A DNA stretch of 64,000 bases from Phallusia mammillata (taxonomy: Eukaryota), in the NCBI GenBank assembly GCA_965637545.1, contig OZ281501.1, positions 6,200,001 through 6,264,000 of the forward strand. Direction: 5' to 3'. The notes below the pieces were generated by a model. It was not told the DNA's origin. It did not search any database and saw nothing but the letters and a program-made list of their open reading frames with translations. Made by a program: the position numbers and the translations under genes. Below are positions 1-15,100 of the stretch, piece by piece (within the stretch, counting starts at the first letter, position 1; the number at the start of each line of letters is the position of its first letter).

Positions 1-3000
1 GTCCTTACGCATCGCTTGTTTTTTAACACATATCCAGGTTTACATGCACATCCGGCAACGCATTTTCCTCTGCACGCGCTGCTTCGACGCAAGCGTTTGT
101 AGTTTCTATGGAAACAGTTAACGTACGTTGAGTAAGTGATGAATTAATAATAGACTATGTAAAAATCGGTGTAAGTGAGAACAAAAAGTGGCACTTTGCT
201 ATTGGCACAACCAGATCTGTGGAGCTCGACTACTAGATAAGTTTTAGTCGTGGCTTGAAATACCATGAGTCCCGTTTGTTTCAGAAACAACCTTGCTGTG
301 TTTTAATGGTTATAGAAATTATCATCATAAGTGATGAATTTTTTTGTGATATTCCAAATGTTCAAGCGGGTCAAAAGAGTATTGGTCTTGCAGAACGCAC
401 TTTTGTGAAATTTACAGCCATAAGTTTAATTTTTTATTAGTAAACCTGCTTTTTTCAGTTTTTAGAAAAACAAAAATGTATTACTCACTTGCAAGTGTAT
501 TTACACGGTGAGCTGCAAGTTGAGTAAATTTTTCCTCTCCCACACGATTCTGCAAAAAAAATATAAATTAAGTAATCTTTAAATGTTACACACAAAACGT
601 TAATCGAGCCTTTCACATTTTATTAATTTGAAACTCAAACTTACTTCTACAGTGCTTTTTCTCGTTCCACTTGATCGTCACGCCCTGTCGAGCACACGCT
701 GACGTATAAGCTCGTATGGATTCGCATGAGCAACGTTTGTGACGTGGACATTCACAACTGTCCGTTAAACATGATCTGCATATGAAAACCAGAATTAAAG
801 CATAATAATAATAAGATACACCGCGCTTTATACAGGATGCCATGCAAACTTTGACCGTGTTAAAAAGCGTGATGAAAATGTATGCTTTTTCAAAGTCAAT
901 TTTACGAACATAAATATAACGTTTATAGGCTCACTTGTGCAACACTTTTTGAGGAAATCAATTTAGTATGAAATTTTGTGAATATATACCAGGCCAATCC
1001 ACAAACAATCTTTGACTTACGCATAATAATCCTTAGGGTCGACTTGTCCATAACATTTCTGAAATCTCCTTGATTTGAAGATCCGGCATTTTCGTTTGGC
1101 AGCAAGTTTTATTTTGTTGCTTCTGCTGCACGGCTTGACTGACCTGTCACAAGAAACAGTATGCCTTAAAAGTATGTTACATGCGTTCATTCTATGGCAA
1201 TTTTACATTGGAAATCAAGATCCCGGTTTTTTGTAAATACGTTTGGCTAGAAGTTTGGTTCCTAACAGTTGTATAAAGATGGTTTTGCGTTTTTTTTTGG
1301 GTTTGTATAAAAAGGCAGTAGTGTTTAATGCAGAACAGTTTAATTAATGTATTTTGCTTTACCGAATTACTTTATTACTTTTTTAGCAAACTGGAATATT
1401 CAATTGAGGGGGTGTAGCCAATCACCAATAGGGAAGTTTTACTAAAAATTTTCGCTTTTTTACTGCAAGAATTCGAATTTTACGTGTTAACACATTATAG
1501 CATGATGCACACATTTCTTAATCTCTTGTATACCTTGTCTTGTGGTCCGGTTTAGCACAATCTCCTTTTCCTATTAACCATGACTTGGCGAAATCGTCAA
1601 CCTCGAACTTGAACATGCCGTCGCCGCCGATAAAGTCGTCGCGGGGAAATCCGTTGTAGTTCCCGCAGAGACCGCACAATGAGCCCCTAAGTCGAGTTGC
1701 AGCGGTGATCTCCAAGAAGCTAGCTCCGTCCCAGTTTATTGAGATGCCTGTTAGCTAAATTTGTCAGTAGAGTTACATGAAGAAAAGTTTGGTAGACTGG
1801 TGACTAAAAATCGACTATTGTGTTACAAATCCATTGAACGCAAACGATAAATTGCAATATTTCGTCAAAACATCATTTCAGTTGCACCTAATTTCAGCTG
1901 TATTAATGGGTTTTGATAGTTACGTTGGATTTAAAGCGTTGCCTTGCAATTTTATTTTTGTTTTAAACGTTAGGTTATCGAGGCTGACCTGCGTTTGTTC
2001 GCACTTTCAGCATTTGTTGTTCCATCCACATAATAACATCCCCGTCTACATATGGCAGAGCGACTTTAGCTCCGTTTACCGTCGCCGCGAGATGTTGATA
2101 GAGAGATACAACTGTGTCGTTGTCTGGGGCTGCAAAAACAAAAATTGTGCTGTCTTTCTCTAAACCTATAATGCTTAAAGTTTGTGTTTTACAACTGGGG
2201 AACAACAGTGTTATTCAGCAGTCATTTATTCCGCAGTAACCATTTCATATTATAGCATTTGTATGCCGTGAACACGTATTGCATTACTGTTGCTTTGCTA
2301 TTGTAAATGAAAAACAACTATGGTTAAAAGGTTCGCATAAGATGTATTCACTGTCAATTTGATTTTGTTTCTTATGGACGTATTGGGTCCCCGGTGACGT
2401 TTTTGGGGTTAAGATTCCAAAAAAATGTTCCTTTAGTTTCTGCTTTTACCATTCAAGTTTTCGTAAAACTTTTCCAAAACCTCATTTTCGGAAAAGTTTG
2501 TAATCAAAAAAGTGACATGAATAAAGTCGCGTCTCAAATGGTTGAATAACACAAGTACACAGGATTACATACTCCTAATAATCTCAAACCGTTTCCTACC
2601 TGCATGAATTAGTCTGAGATGTACAGAGTTGGTCCATGAAAATCGTTTCGACTGTTTCGAGTTGTTTTCGGCAATCACTGTGAAATTTTTGCCCATGCAA
2701 TCCTTGGCAAGCATGTAATTGCACGATCCTTGAAAGTTAAACGGACGACCGTCGAATGTTCGGTAATGTGGATCCCCAAACACAACGCATGTACCAGGTT
2801 CTATCAAAAGAGTAGTTGGTTGTAGGACAATAATGAACAGAACAACAAATCAGTTGGTAAACGTTAGGTCTATTTTTTGTGAGTTAGGCAAGCATAATTA
2901 CAAACTGCTTTGTTCAATTAGTGTGTTTTTTTCTTTGTGTTTTTTAAACCGGAAATCCAGACCTCAAAACTCAAGCTGCTTTAAAATGTCCCTATAGCCT

Positions 3001-6000
3001 ATGGTGTAATTAAATATGACTGAAACTCTGATGCCAAAAAGGAAAATTCTCACAGTTTTTGGGACGTACATTTTCTCTATCCTACATGGTATGTGTGTCC
3101 AAAATATCTGAAAGTTACTGGGCCCCAAAGCCTAAACGTAAAATCAAATTTTCACCCTCATACCTGGCACACAGCTTGGACAACATGCCCCCGGTTTCCG
3201 TTCCAGCGTGTGACCCTACAAAGGAAGAGAAACGATTTTATTTGCGCGTTCGTCGCCAAATTCGGAAAGCACAATGTGAAGTACTTGAACAAATATGCCA
3301 CAGGAAGCAAATGGGACCACCAGGCGACGTAAAGGCGTCACATTGGAATGATGAACGTTTAATTTTTAAAAGCGTCAAGGATTATTTTCCATTGTACCTT
3401 TAAAATGTGGTAAACACAACTAATCGTAAAAAATGAGTTTTTGAAATTTTATGAGCCTTGTCGCGTTTGCCATCTAAATTCCCAATGTCAGCGAGGATTT
3501 CAAAAACCATTTGCGGCATTTGAGGCTAAGATGCATTCTTACCTGTGGACATGAGATGACCCGGTTTTCACATTCCACTTTTTGGCAACCAAAAGAACCA
3601 TTCGAGCATCGGCAGGTCACACAGTTGTCCATGATCGAATGTTCATGCTGCGCCAAAAAAGTAACATTTGAAAGAAATTCAACTATTGTCCATCACTACT
3701 TTTCCATAGGAATTTGTCAACCATCCAGACAGTGTTTTAGGAAACCAATCACCGCAATTTGTTTAACTTTTGCGTCAGGGTAAGCCGTCATGCTTTACGC
3801 CACAGAATCAAGGCGAATTCATTAACTTACGCCCGAGAAATTAACCCGTGTGCCCCCGAGTAATAAGTCTTCGTCACCTGAACTAATCTTCCCCTGTGGT
3901 CTGTACAGTTCAGGGGCTCGTGAGTTGCACAGATTGGACAACATCGACCTTTTTCCACTACAAGATCAGCAGCTGGGCAATCAGATGTGTCAGGACAAAC
4001 TTCACGATCACAAATGACCGTCCCGTTCTGTTGAATCACAAAGGATTAAATAATCACGTCTGTCTTTACTTTTCCAGCATTTTGACAGCTATGTTCGAAA
4101 AAAACGACAAAACACAAATAGCATTTTGAAGAGATAAAAACGCAACAACGCCCTTTTTTGAATAGGTACAACTCAATATGACTATGATCAAAATTTGATT
4201 AAATTGTAGGTGTTTCGTATGATACACTAAATGTTTATAAGTTTGCATTCAGGTCTCAACCAAAATAGTTATAAATGTTTTCAGTGCAACGTTTACATTT
4301 TAAACAAGAGAGCATTTTTGCATTTAGGTCTTTGAAGAAGAATATATTGAAACTGTAACCATGTTACAATTTCGATATTCTCTGTCTTGTGTCGGTAATA
4401 AAAACATCTACACATGTCAATTTGTTACCTTGCAAAGACATTTCGTGCATTTGTCCAGAACCACAGGCTCCAAATTCTTCAAGATCTTTCTTCGAAACCA
4501 GCAATGTCCATCATAGAGTTCAAAAACTCGGCGCTGACCTAAAGTGACAAGAGAATTTGGAGATTTGATAGACAGAGCATGAGAAGTGTGTGCTACACCC
4601 TCTGCTATCTAACCTACGATAAGGGTGTTGTTATTGGCTAATCCGACAGGCTAAACTATGTGCCGCATCTCTGTTGGCAAATATGACCAGAGCCCGCCCA
4701 GAAAGCTGCCATTGTGTGACTCTTGTGGTCTAGGGTGAGACCATTGATGTATTGCCTCTTATCGAGAATGAAAGCATTTTTATCCGTAGTAAAAGAACAC
4801 GGAAAAATAAGTCGGTTTTGTCGGTTGCGTTGCGGCGAAAACTGGCAGGTTTTAAAGTGCACGAAATATTCACACATATTTGAATATTTTGTGGTAAAAA
4901 CGCTTTCTATCAAAATACATTATACAGCCAAAGTGTCTTCTGGCGAATCATATTGAAACATGTAGTTTTTATGTTTTAGACACAGAAAGGTTTTAAACAA
5001 ATGGCTTACCAATACACTTTCTGCAGCAGCTTCCTTCTTCAATAACAGTACGGTCGTCATCGCAGGCTAAAACAGGACAAACTTTTTTTGAGCAGCTCAT
5101 TCTTCCATCCTAAACATTTAACAACATCATTTTTTTACAATGTAGCCTATATTACAACCCTTGTGAAATTTGAACCTTGTAGTAGGGTTTATGCCACAAA
5201 AAAGCATAGAAAATGTGGCCGTTTTAAGCTTAAAAGAAAAAGTAATGTGGAAAGACCTTACAGTACACTTTATCTGTAAAAATAGCGAAGATAAACAATG
5301 TTTTGGGTGACCGATTTTTAAGTTCGATCATGCACTGAGGCAGACATTTCTTCTGGGAAGCAATTAATTACATACGATGCGTGACATGGGAAAACAGTAC
5401 AATTTTACGCCAAAAACCGCTGACGACCACCTGAGATAGTCAGTTGTTTGTCGCTAATAAACAGATCGCGGCGCATATTCAAATCGCGATTAACTGATCC
5501 AATCCAATACACGTCATGCTGCCGAACTAAGCACGCAGGGTCAAGTTTATTTTTCTGTCATCAGCAGCTAAGTTTTACGCTAACCGAACCGACCCTAAAT
5601 CTCTAAATATAAGAGTCGATTTGTTATTGGTATGTTTCATTTGGTTTTAAGGATAAATATATTAAACTAAGCCGTTTTATGGTATTGGATTTGAACTTGC
5701 TATGCTTACAAGGTTTGCGTTGTAATGTGGCTTCCTGGAGTTTGAGGTCAACTGGCGGGGTAGTGGCTTATCATCGATTGTTTATTTGTGGTGGAAACAT
5801 GACGACAAATACTTGCGAGGCCGTGTCAAACCACAACTAAAGTTTGTTCGCGTTTTTACCATACGATTTGGCTTGAGGCTCTTTGATGTCTTTTGCGCCA
5901 GGATAAAAAGACAAGATTTGCTCAACCGTGTGGAAATGCTGGAAAACGCTGGACGGTTTGGAAATAAAAAGGAAACGTCGCTTTGCTAGAATCGTTCTGG

Positions 6001-9000
6001 GGGATTAGATGAATCGGAATGATCCAGCCTCTTGAGCAAAACCACGTTAAAAGGCGTGGATTAAACGTCAAAATGCGCGGAATTTTATTGACATTGTCCT
6101 TTTTCGTGCGACCTATTCACACCGACGGGTGTAAAGTCGCGTGGTGCGTTGCACCGGTCGCGGTGAGGATGCAGACGTTAAGGTTTGGCTGAGACTAGCG
6201 CACGGATTATTGTGGCGCCAAGTCGTATCATCAAACATCGTCTTCCACAACAATTAATCGCACGGCGCGTGACGCCACAAACTGCAAGCTCACATCAAAC
6301 GACAATGGAGCTCGAAATACGCCATGCGAACACGCGCCACCAAGGAAAATCATTACAAGAGATGGGTAGAGATAACGCCACAGAGTCACAATGGGACGCG
6401 ACATCCAGGCTTGCCGCTTGTTATCGGCCTATCATGGCGTCGCAAATCACGGCTGACCTTTAACTCACTCCCGATCTTGTGTCTGTCGTATGTAAACTTA
6501 CCCGACATTGGCAGGTCGTACATGGGTTTAACTCCACAGTTTGACCCTCCTCGATAGTCTCCCCCTCATGAAAACAACCTGCGTATAAAACAGAAATGTT
6601 TGATTTATTTTCACCCAAAAAGGCCCCGAAAAGCAAATGTGGTAACGGCTTTCGAAACACCCATTAAGGTGTACGACGAATGCCGGAAACACACGTGATA
6701 TATCTACACTTTGCAAAAGATAATTCTTTGGGAGGAGATTTCGTGTTAAAATTGTGTATATCAGTGTGTTGTGTTGTATGTTTACAGAAAACTTTGCCGA
6801 AGCAATATTGCAGATCTAGTTATAAGAACGCGATATTTCAAGTTTAGAGATTCCGCTAAAAGTAAAGTCACAAACGAATCGTGTGAAATTCTAAAATCTA
6901 TATAAAACTGTCGCAACTTCGACCTTTGCTCACTATTTTGCTTTCCGGGTTGTACAAAAAAACACTGAAATACCCCAAGGGGTAAACGTGGGGGCCCGGC
7001 TTCGGCCATCATCGCACGTCACTCGCAGTCATGCAGAACAAATGGAGTTTTGATGCGCTTGACTTGTTACCAAGCAACCGCGTGTTCACATACCGACCCC
7101 TTATATCCCGCAACATTATCGACACTTTCGTTTCCCACTTCCACACTTACCCATGCACGACGGACATCCGCATACGTCACGTGTTTGTGTGACGTCAGAC
7201 GGGCAGAAGTTGTGACATTGACGTAATGATCGAGTGACGATTCCGTCCTGAAATGTATAGAATATCAAAATAAGTTGAAGTACGTGGTTCTTGTGTGAAG
7301 TCACAACCTACCCGACACACGTGATCCACGCAACGATCGGAGTTGTCTCTCTGGTACCACACAGCGGATGAAAGTCGATTTTCGCCGTAAATGCTGCATG
7401 CTACAAAAATGGTCTCTTTTATACGTGTTGGGTCCAAAAGTTACGATTTTTAATTCGTTTTTAAAGCTACTACTTTTGGATTACGTTAGTACGAGTTACT
7501 GGGACAACTGTTCAGGGATTGGATTACGTCTCGTCATGGCACACTTACTTTGACAAGAGAGACAACACTGATCTTCCTGCTGAAGCAAAACGCTGCATTG
7601 TTGCAAGTCATCGCGACACACTTTCTTACTGCACTGAATAAGACCGCTCTGAAAACACAACAAAACAATAAAACCAAATGACCACAGTGCACCAATGAAC
7701 TGCGGAAACCGATTTTGTGATTCCCCGCTGTGAAAGGGCCTTTGATATTTCCTACTGTCGGAAAAATGTATGGAAAGACGATTGCCAGTGAAGTAGTTCA
7801 CGCTTCAAATAGCATTTAACTTTAACCGAACGTTGGTCTTAATTCATGATATCAGGTGCAGGCGTTCACCCTTAAGTCAGTCTGCCAATGCAAATTAGCG
7901 TCGTGCCTTGGCAAGGAAAGTAGCAAGTTCCTATTGTAACCATGCAATGAGTAAAGTGGCTGATTTTGACCCCGGTGACTCTGGCGCTGCGCTCTCGACG
8001 GGGGACGTTTCGTTTTGACCGTGGGATACTCAGGGATGCATTTTAACCCGGCAACTTTGTGTCGCGTTTTTGGTGCAAGTGGCTAAAGTGCTGGAAGCCT
8101 GCACATGAACCGAGTCGGTGGTGGTGACAGTTGTCAGACGCGGTGAGACGACAAAAAGCACTCGAAACCACAAACGGATTTATGAAGTACAAGTGTCTAG
8201 CCATACAACAAGAGCTGTCGTATTAAAAGGCCAAACGTCGATTTATTTTACCCATAAACCCCAAAAATGCAAGACTTATGAATAAACCGATTGACTTTCG
8301 TGGCAACAACTTTTCTGGGCTTACTACATTTACTTTACAATTTACTACTGCAACTGGCTGTTTTCACAACTTAAGGACGGCTATTCGTTACTTATACTCC
8401 AAGGTTCTCAAAACTTGATTTTGCAAGCACATATAATTTCCCAGACAAATACACTGAGTTGTGACTCCATATAACAGGCAAACACGAAGTCTCTAATTTG
8501 TCAAAGTTTGTTACAAATTTGGGTTCGTTACGTGACAGACGCCTTAGTTGAAGCATTTTTGAAGCACTCAGTGACAATTAACACGACAGTAGCTAAATTT
8601 ACTTTTTCGGTTTTTATGCTGAATTTTAAACTTCACAAATTTTGTCAAAATGATTGTTTTCCGCATTGTAATTTCAATTTTCCAAAACACAGCAGATAAA
8701 ATAATCATCAGCCTATAAATCGCTTTAAACACCAAGATGTTAGGCACGTTGATTTGCTGATGGAAAACACATTTTATTTTACGCTTCAATTTCCCATAGA
8801 CGGCAAAATAAATTCCCAAAATTGAACTCATTTCCTGGTTTAGGGGGTGGATTTTATAATTTTTTCGTCAGTTCGTTTTTATTATCCAATGCAAATATAC
8901 GGTTGGCTTTTATGGAGATAAACAAAACCGAAACGTTCAACGCGCGTTTAGCCAACCGACAAATTCATCCCGCTGCCGTTCTAAACATCAACATTCATGC

Positions 9001-10370
9001 GCCAAGCGGTCTCACTCGTGTTGTGGAAAATAATATTTACTTATGGCATTTGTCATTGAGCTTTCGTGCCCAAATTTCACCCCCAACCCGTACGCCACAC
9101 TTCAAAACAAAGCTGCCAACATTTGGGGACAATGGACCCACCGATTCTTTTGGGGCTTTGTCATGGCCCACGACTCCTCAAAAGGCCCAAAGGCGCCCGG
9201 TTGCATTCCCAGATAAACGCCTCCTATCCCAATTTCGGAATTTAAACTTTTTTAAAAGTCCTGAACAATGGCTTCCAAAAAGACGGGCCTCACAAATAAT
9301 AATAGCACCCACTTTATTATCGTAATCAAAGACCTTTGCCATCGAAAACGGTTCGGCGTTTGTTTAAGGGCGAACCGCTGCGCTGAGATATTAGATGCTC
9401 TTTGGGGTAGGGGCTAATTAAAGTCACCCCACTTGTCGCAAAGGGCCCCAACGTGGACCCAGCTGTCCCACGGTGTCCCAATACACAGTTCTCACCCTGT
9501 TGTTTGGACTCAAAAAAATCCAATAGCTTAACATCTAGTCAGGTACTTTGCAATGTCGTGTAGCCTCGTTAGTGGATCTAATAAGTGGCAATTGTGAAGA
9601 CCGCAATGCTGCAATTACTATCAGATACGGATTACGCCTCTAGGACGGAATTTGTGTAAGCGTCGTGTGGTTATACGACTACTTTGCCTCAATGATGTTT
9701 TTGTTGTTATTTTACTTGTCGTTTGTCAGTTTGCGAAAGCATAAAGCTGTTGGCGCCAATGGCGAGACTGTCTGGCAGCAATTTGGCGGTAATTTTTCTA
9801 TGCGCGACATAATAAACTTGCATTGCTTGCAAATTCATCACACGTTTAAACTGAAACAAACTTAAATATCCAAATCTTTACAACTGACCCATTTTTTATA
9901 AGTCTCCCTCAATATCGTGTTGCAATAATGCAATACCATAAAGTCATTTGTAATCTAAAGGTTTATAAATTTAGAAAATGACGCTTTTCTAAATTCGGAA
10001 TGTAAATGTCACTTTTTGACAGCGGTATGACTCAGTCGACAAGCCCTGCTTTTCGAAACTGCAAAACACACAGCTCTGTGTTGTGCAACCCTTATTCATA
10101 GAAGATAACGCAAATGGCCGGCAAAGGCGGTATGATAACACTCACCTTACACATGCAGGTTACACAGGGAATATTGTTCAGCAACGGCAGGTTGGCTACT
10201 TCGCCCTCAGATGAGCATTTTTCGCTATGCCCTGCCAAAGTATATCCGTTTTAATTCATATCATAAAATTCTTAACCATAAATGCTGCATATCTTACCTT
10301 CTAGTTTGATCGCACTGACAGCTAGTACTCCAGGCAAAAGTATACATAAAAACCACTGAGTAATTGGCAT
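1..10370 (-). CDS. BMPER: BMP-binding endothelial regulator / Crossveinless-2, copy A (spliced; last exon runs off the window start)
   Basis: GT-AG exons in consistent phase: 10370-10298 (signal peptide [20 protein letters not shown]), 10231-10146, 7648-7549, 7400-7312, 7247-7151, 6578-6502, 5109-5010, 4538-4429, 4027-3878, 3647-3543, 3215-3164, 2800-2600, 2129-1989, 1747-1534, 1143-1021, 775-645, 549-489, 105-<1. Domain order is five VWC, then VWD ([11 protein letters not shown]; [10 protein letters not shown]), C8 and TIL. Motifs [11 protein letters not shown] and [16 protein letters not shown] resemble vertebrate BMPER as recalled from memory. Confidence 0.92.
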
Positions 10371-11984
10371 CTTATTGGCCGGGATCTTCGTTTCGTTTCC
10401 CGGCGTAATTGAAGCAAATTTTTAACTGTTGCCGGTGGTGAACCACAGGGAGCCTAACATGTACGCCTTTGAACGCTGACTGACGCCGACTCGTCCCCTC
10501 TCACAGCTTTTAAGACGTGGATTCGGTAAACAGATCGGATTGCAGTCGTTTCCTTTCACCCCTTTAGTGCTGCCAAGTGCTTCAATAACACAAAAGCCGT
10601 TCAATCTTTTCCTCTGACACAAGCAGTTGATGATTCTCTCATGTGGCCCTATGATCTGCAATACAAAGTTACAGTAGCTGGGTTTATCAAATTCGTTCCA
10701 AAGGGCGTTTTTTTCCATAGTGGCATTTTTCTCGCCTCGGCACGCGAAGGGCCTTTTTCTGTCAAGCGAAGACGCCTTTCTGTTTTCTTGTGTGGCTTTG
10801 CGGCATTTCAAGCCACAAAAGCCACTGGGGAAGGAAACGTAGCCGGTCAGTCTGCCGGCCCTTTCATACGCATTCTACGACGCCAATGAGTTCGCAGCGG
10901 TCACCATCCCTGCCGGGGCAACGTCCTTTAGCCATTAATGTGGTAACTAAGCGCTTCTAAGCTCAACCATGGTTAAAACTGCAACGTAGGGTTCTCCTAT
11001 TTCTGGCAAAGTTTCGAACGTTTGTAATGAGATTCACGATGCTTTGCAGACTAAACCGATTAGGTTTCCGAAAATGGCTTTGAACTTGCCGCTAGTAGCA
11101 AATTGCACCTCTAGAAGTCGACACGTTGACGCTTCTGCTTTTAACTTCCTACAATTTGATAAAGAAAAAACTTAAAAACTGCGTTGCAAGCGATTCCGGC
11201 GATAAATTTAGTTTTTTTCTGCAGCGAATTAAATTATTAACGCTTTTTGCACAGAGGGCCTGCAATTGAGCTCGAAGTCGGAAGTACAAGCACAAGTTCC
11301 GTTTTTTTTTAATTAAAACCCTTTACAAGATAAAATTACGACACTAAAGTGTAAAGTCTTGCCTAACTCAAACCGTTATATTCAGACTGAAACCCATAAA
11401 CCCGTCCCGAAAGGTCTGGCCGACTCGTCTCTAAATCAGCGTTATGGCAAAATTATAAAATAACCTTATGTTTGTTTATGAATAGGTCTACATGGGCCTC
11501 ATCAAATACAACTTTCTGATCAAAACGCTTAAAACAATGATCAAGCAAAATTGCTTTGTCTCACACCTAACCAAAACTCATATCGTCTCTTATTCTCGTT
11601 TCAACGATACAAACGCGAATTGTCTATGATAGTTCGTCATGTCGTAAATCATGTCGTGTGTTGGCATCCATTAGCGCAAACTCAGTGTTGTGTCCCGAAC
11701 CAAATTTTCCCGCTTCGAAAACGTTGTGTGACTTTTCGGCCCCGCGGGAATGCGCTATGACGTCATGGGGAGGGGTTAATTATGTGACGTGGAGGCCGAC
11801 TTGTCCCTCTTCCATTTGGTTGCGTTGTTTTCGGCCAAGTATGCGTATAATCACGGTGTTGCGACGTAATTAGAATAAACGCTTCCTCATTACTCAAGTG
11901 GGCTCGAATATTCTTATACTGATGGAATTGTTGTGATTTTGTGCTTGGTTGGTCGGAAGTTGCAATTGTGGTTTGGTGGTGGTG

Positions 11985-12110
11985 CAAACAGTCGTGCGCA
12001 TGAGTTGGCCAGTGGTTCGAATCCCATCACGCTGTGGTGTTTAAAACCAACCTATGTTTTAACGTTGTCCTAGTTAGGACCACTATAGACACGGGAATCA
12101 AGAAAGACTA
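11985..12110 (+). mobile_element. Possible tRNA-derived SINE fragment
   Basis: Pol III B-box-like GGTTCGAATCCC at 12014-12025; no cloverleaf. Boundaries are approximate. Confidence 0.3.
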
Positions 12111-15100
12111 AATCGAAACACTAAGGAAAAAGGGGATATACAAAGAGCTTTGAAAAATGATGTAATGCACTACAGACGTTTTTTACAATCTCTATCGTTG
12201 TCTTGAACTGGTGATATATATCTGCAATTGAATTCATTCAACGGTAACAAGCTTTCAGTTTTTGTGTTTTGTTTGTTTAGGCTATTTTAATCGCAAAACT
12301 ATATTATTTAGAACACATATTTGATTTCAAATGTCTACGTACAAGGAGCCTTCAGTGGCACTCTAGTTGTAAGCGGTTACCTTTGTGTAAGGTAGTTCTA
12401 AATCTGAGAGATAAACTTACAAAGTATGCGCATAAACTGCATCAAAATGTCACAACTAATTTGCTTAAACGCTTCCTGCATTACAAGTGTCTTCGAGTTT
12501 TACAATGATGCTGACATTACTAAAATCTCTGCACACGGCACGTGTCCTAGGCCTTTCCCGCTTTGGCTTGTTGCTCGTAATTTAGCATTGTGGTCCGACA
12601 ATGTACTTGATCGGCACTTAGGCTCGCCCGCGCACGGAATTTGGCCAATGGGATCGTTCCACTTGGCGCCGACGCCAACTTAAGGCCCATGATTTTGCAG
12701 GAAATATTGACTCATGAGATTATTTATTTGGCCGTGGGATCTGGGTTGCTGGCTTGAAATTCCAAGAGTGCTTGGGCGAATTTGCGTTAATGAACTTGTA
12801 ATTGTTTTCTAGCGTTGTTGGATGGGCACAACGTTAATTTGAATTGGTTTCGATTACGATGAGATTGCAAAATGTGGTTTAATTGCTGGGAATTGTCAAG
12901 GTGTATGGCTGTGAAGTAGAAACTGTTTTGTTGAGAGATGTTTGGAATTGCAAATTAGTAAGCGATTAAAGGCAAATTAAATTATAATGCAGCAATTTTG
13001 TTTTGGTTTCATAACCAATCAATGCATCGTTTCGTAAACAATGTCGCCAATTTTGCCCACTTGTTTGGTTTTGTTAAAACGTTTGCCAAAAATAACCATC
13101 GACGCTTTTTGTTCCCATAACAATTTTATTAGGTAAAATTCTTTTAAATATTTTTACCCAAGACAAATTACAAAAAATATCTTTCGATGCCCTCTCTCAC
13201 TCAATTTTAACTTGTAATCCTTGCTGTTTTCGCTTAGAAGAATGCAAAAAAGTAGATGAATTGTGGGAACTGTGTATTCAACATTTAAGCATTCAGCGAA
13301 AGCTACTTTTACGTCAAACAGGAATAGATCTCATGTAACAAGTATTAAGGCATTATAGATCTTCCTCTATAAAAAGCGATAAATATTTTTGTGATAGTTT
13401 TTGACAGTTGAGACGTTCGTGAGATACAACATTAATGGCACTCGTCAGATGGGCGAAAAAACGTTCTGATTTTATCTATACTGTTGCCGTTTTTAGTTGT
13501 AAACACATATTCAGCATTTTTACAATTGTATGTTGTTGTATCCCTAAACTTCTACCTGAACCCGTGCCAATAATTGCCAAACTTTTAAATAGTTTTATGG
13601 TCCCTAAAAGTTCTGTAAAGAATTTTTCCGACCCAAAACCGTAAAAAACGCATATACTAGTTTTTGAAACGTACATTTGCTTTTTCTATGACTGGCTGTA
13701 TCTATCTGACACAGGAAAAAAATGTTCTCAAATTTCTCCTCAAAGTCGTTATAGAATACCTCGCCTGTAGAGTGGCGCCAACATACTCATAATCCGTCTC
13801 CGTGCATACCAATTATCAGCAGGGCTCAACGCAAATACCGAAACACCGAATCTCAATCACATATTGTCAAAAACCGCCGCTTGCTACTCGCTGAAGCTTG
13901 CATTACAGCAGGTCCGGTCAAATTCGCGATTTTCATAAGTTCACAGGCCACGGTTTTAGCCCCCTATCACTTCCCTTTAACCTTTTCACATCGGCATGTA
14001 CCAAAATGGTATGGCCGTCCGGTCATGGTAGAATATAGAAAGTCACTGTGGCCAATCTGGCGCCTACAGTCTACAATGAGTTTCTGATTTTTCTGTGTTA
14101 AAACATAATCCCTTTTTGGAAGATATAGTCATTTTTGCCAAGAAGTTAGGATGCCTAAATAAGCTTACAGCATGTTGCCATGATAAAACTCTTATTTGCA
14201 ATATATAAATCTACTAAATTCCAGATAATTTTTCAGGATTCTATTTGAAGGTTAATATATCAAAAAACTGCCGTACCCATATAAACTATACAAAGCTCTT
14301 TATACTTGCTACTTCCAATTTTTTTATGTATAAAGGATTAAAAGTACAAATACTAGTAACTGTGCTAACTCAGGACGTGTAAGAGAACGTACAACACTGT
14401 TTTAAACATCTACAACATCCTAAACCGATGTCTTCACTACACCACAAGCGTCGAAACTAACTCAAATCTTTCTCTGCGCTTCAATATTTAAACGAACGCA
14501 CTTTTGCCTCATAAGGTTACGAAATACCAAGAATTTTAAAATTGTTAAAGATGTGACTGAAATACTGCACCGGCCACAATGAGATTTTAGCTACAAATGG
14601 CTTCGGTTTAGTAGGACACGTGGCTAGGTCCCAAAGTGGTCGAATCATTACTGTACCGGACCAACGCCTTGTTTGAAGTGGAATCACATTAATTGGTCGT
14701 TTCCAACGCTCAGTACTGCGTCACAACTTAATTGTCAAAGTTGATTATTGTTTATAGTTCATCTTTGTCGACAAATTTGGTTCTACGTTAATTGGTTGAC
14801 ATTTGTCTGGGAAAATTCGTAAAGTCATGAGCATTGGACGTAAAAATAACTCGATTTTTACCCCCAAATTACGCTAGCCCATAGAATTATATAATTTTTT
14901 TGGCCGATTAGCCTGTATCCTAATCTCCATCTTACGTATTTGGGTTAATCTTACCTGGAACGTTAGTTAGGCTATTGTAATTGTTGGTAAGTGGATAGTG
15001 GCTAATGGAGTATTGCCCAATATTGTGTAACTTTTCAAACGACCACTTTAAACGCCCACTTGTAGTAACTTAACCACTAATGCGAAGGCCTCACCATCAA

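Noticed and set aside
2130-2165. Alternative upstream acceptor at 2165 for the BMPER-A VWD exon
   Set aside because: In frame but weaker; the 2129 acceptor has a strong pyrimidine tract and better matches the paralogue's exon length. Not excluded as a minor isoform.
8822-9325. 167-aa plus-strand ORF
   Set aside because: No recognisable domain, near-cognate start, and antisense within a BMPER-A intron; probably chance.
10422-10811. 129-aa ORF as the first exon of BMPER-A
   Set aside because: A proper signal-peptide exon with an in-phase donor exists at 10370-10298.
12014-12025. tRNA gene (also 55348-55359)
   Set aside because: Only a B-box/T-loop motif; no acceptor stem or cloverleaf.
14007-14018. 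5S rRNA fragment (TGGTATGGCCGT)
   Set aside because: A 12-nt match only, with no extension.
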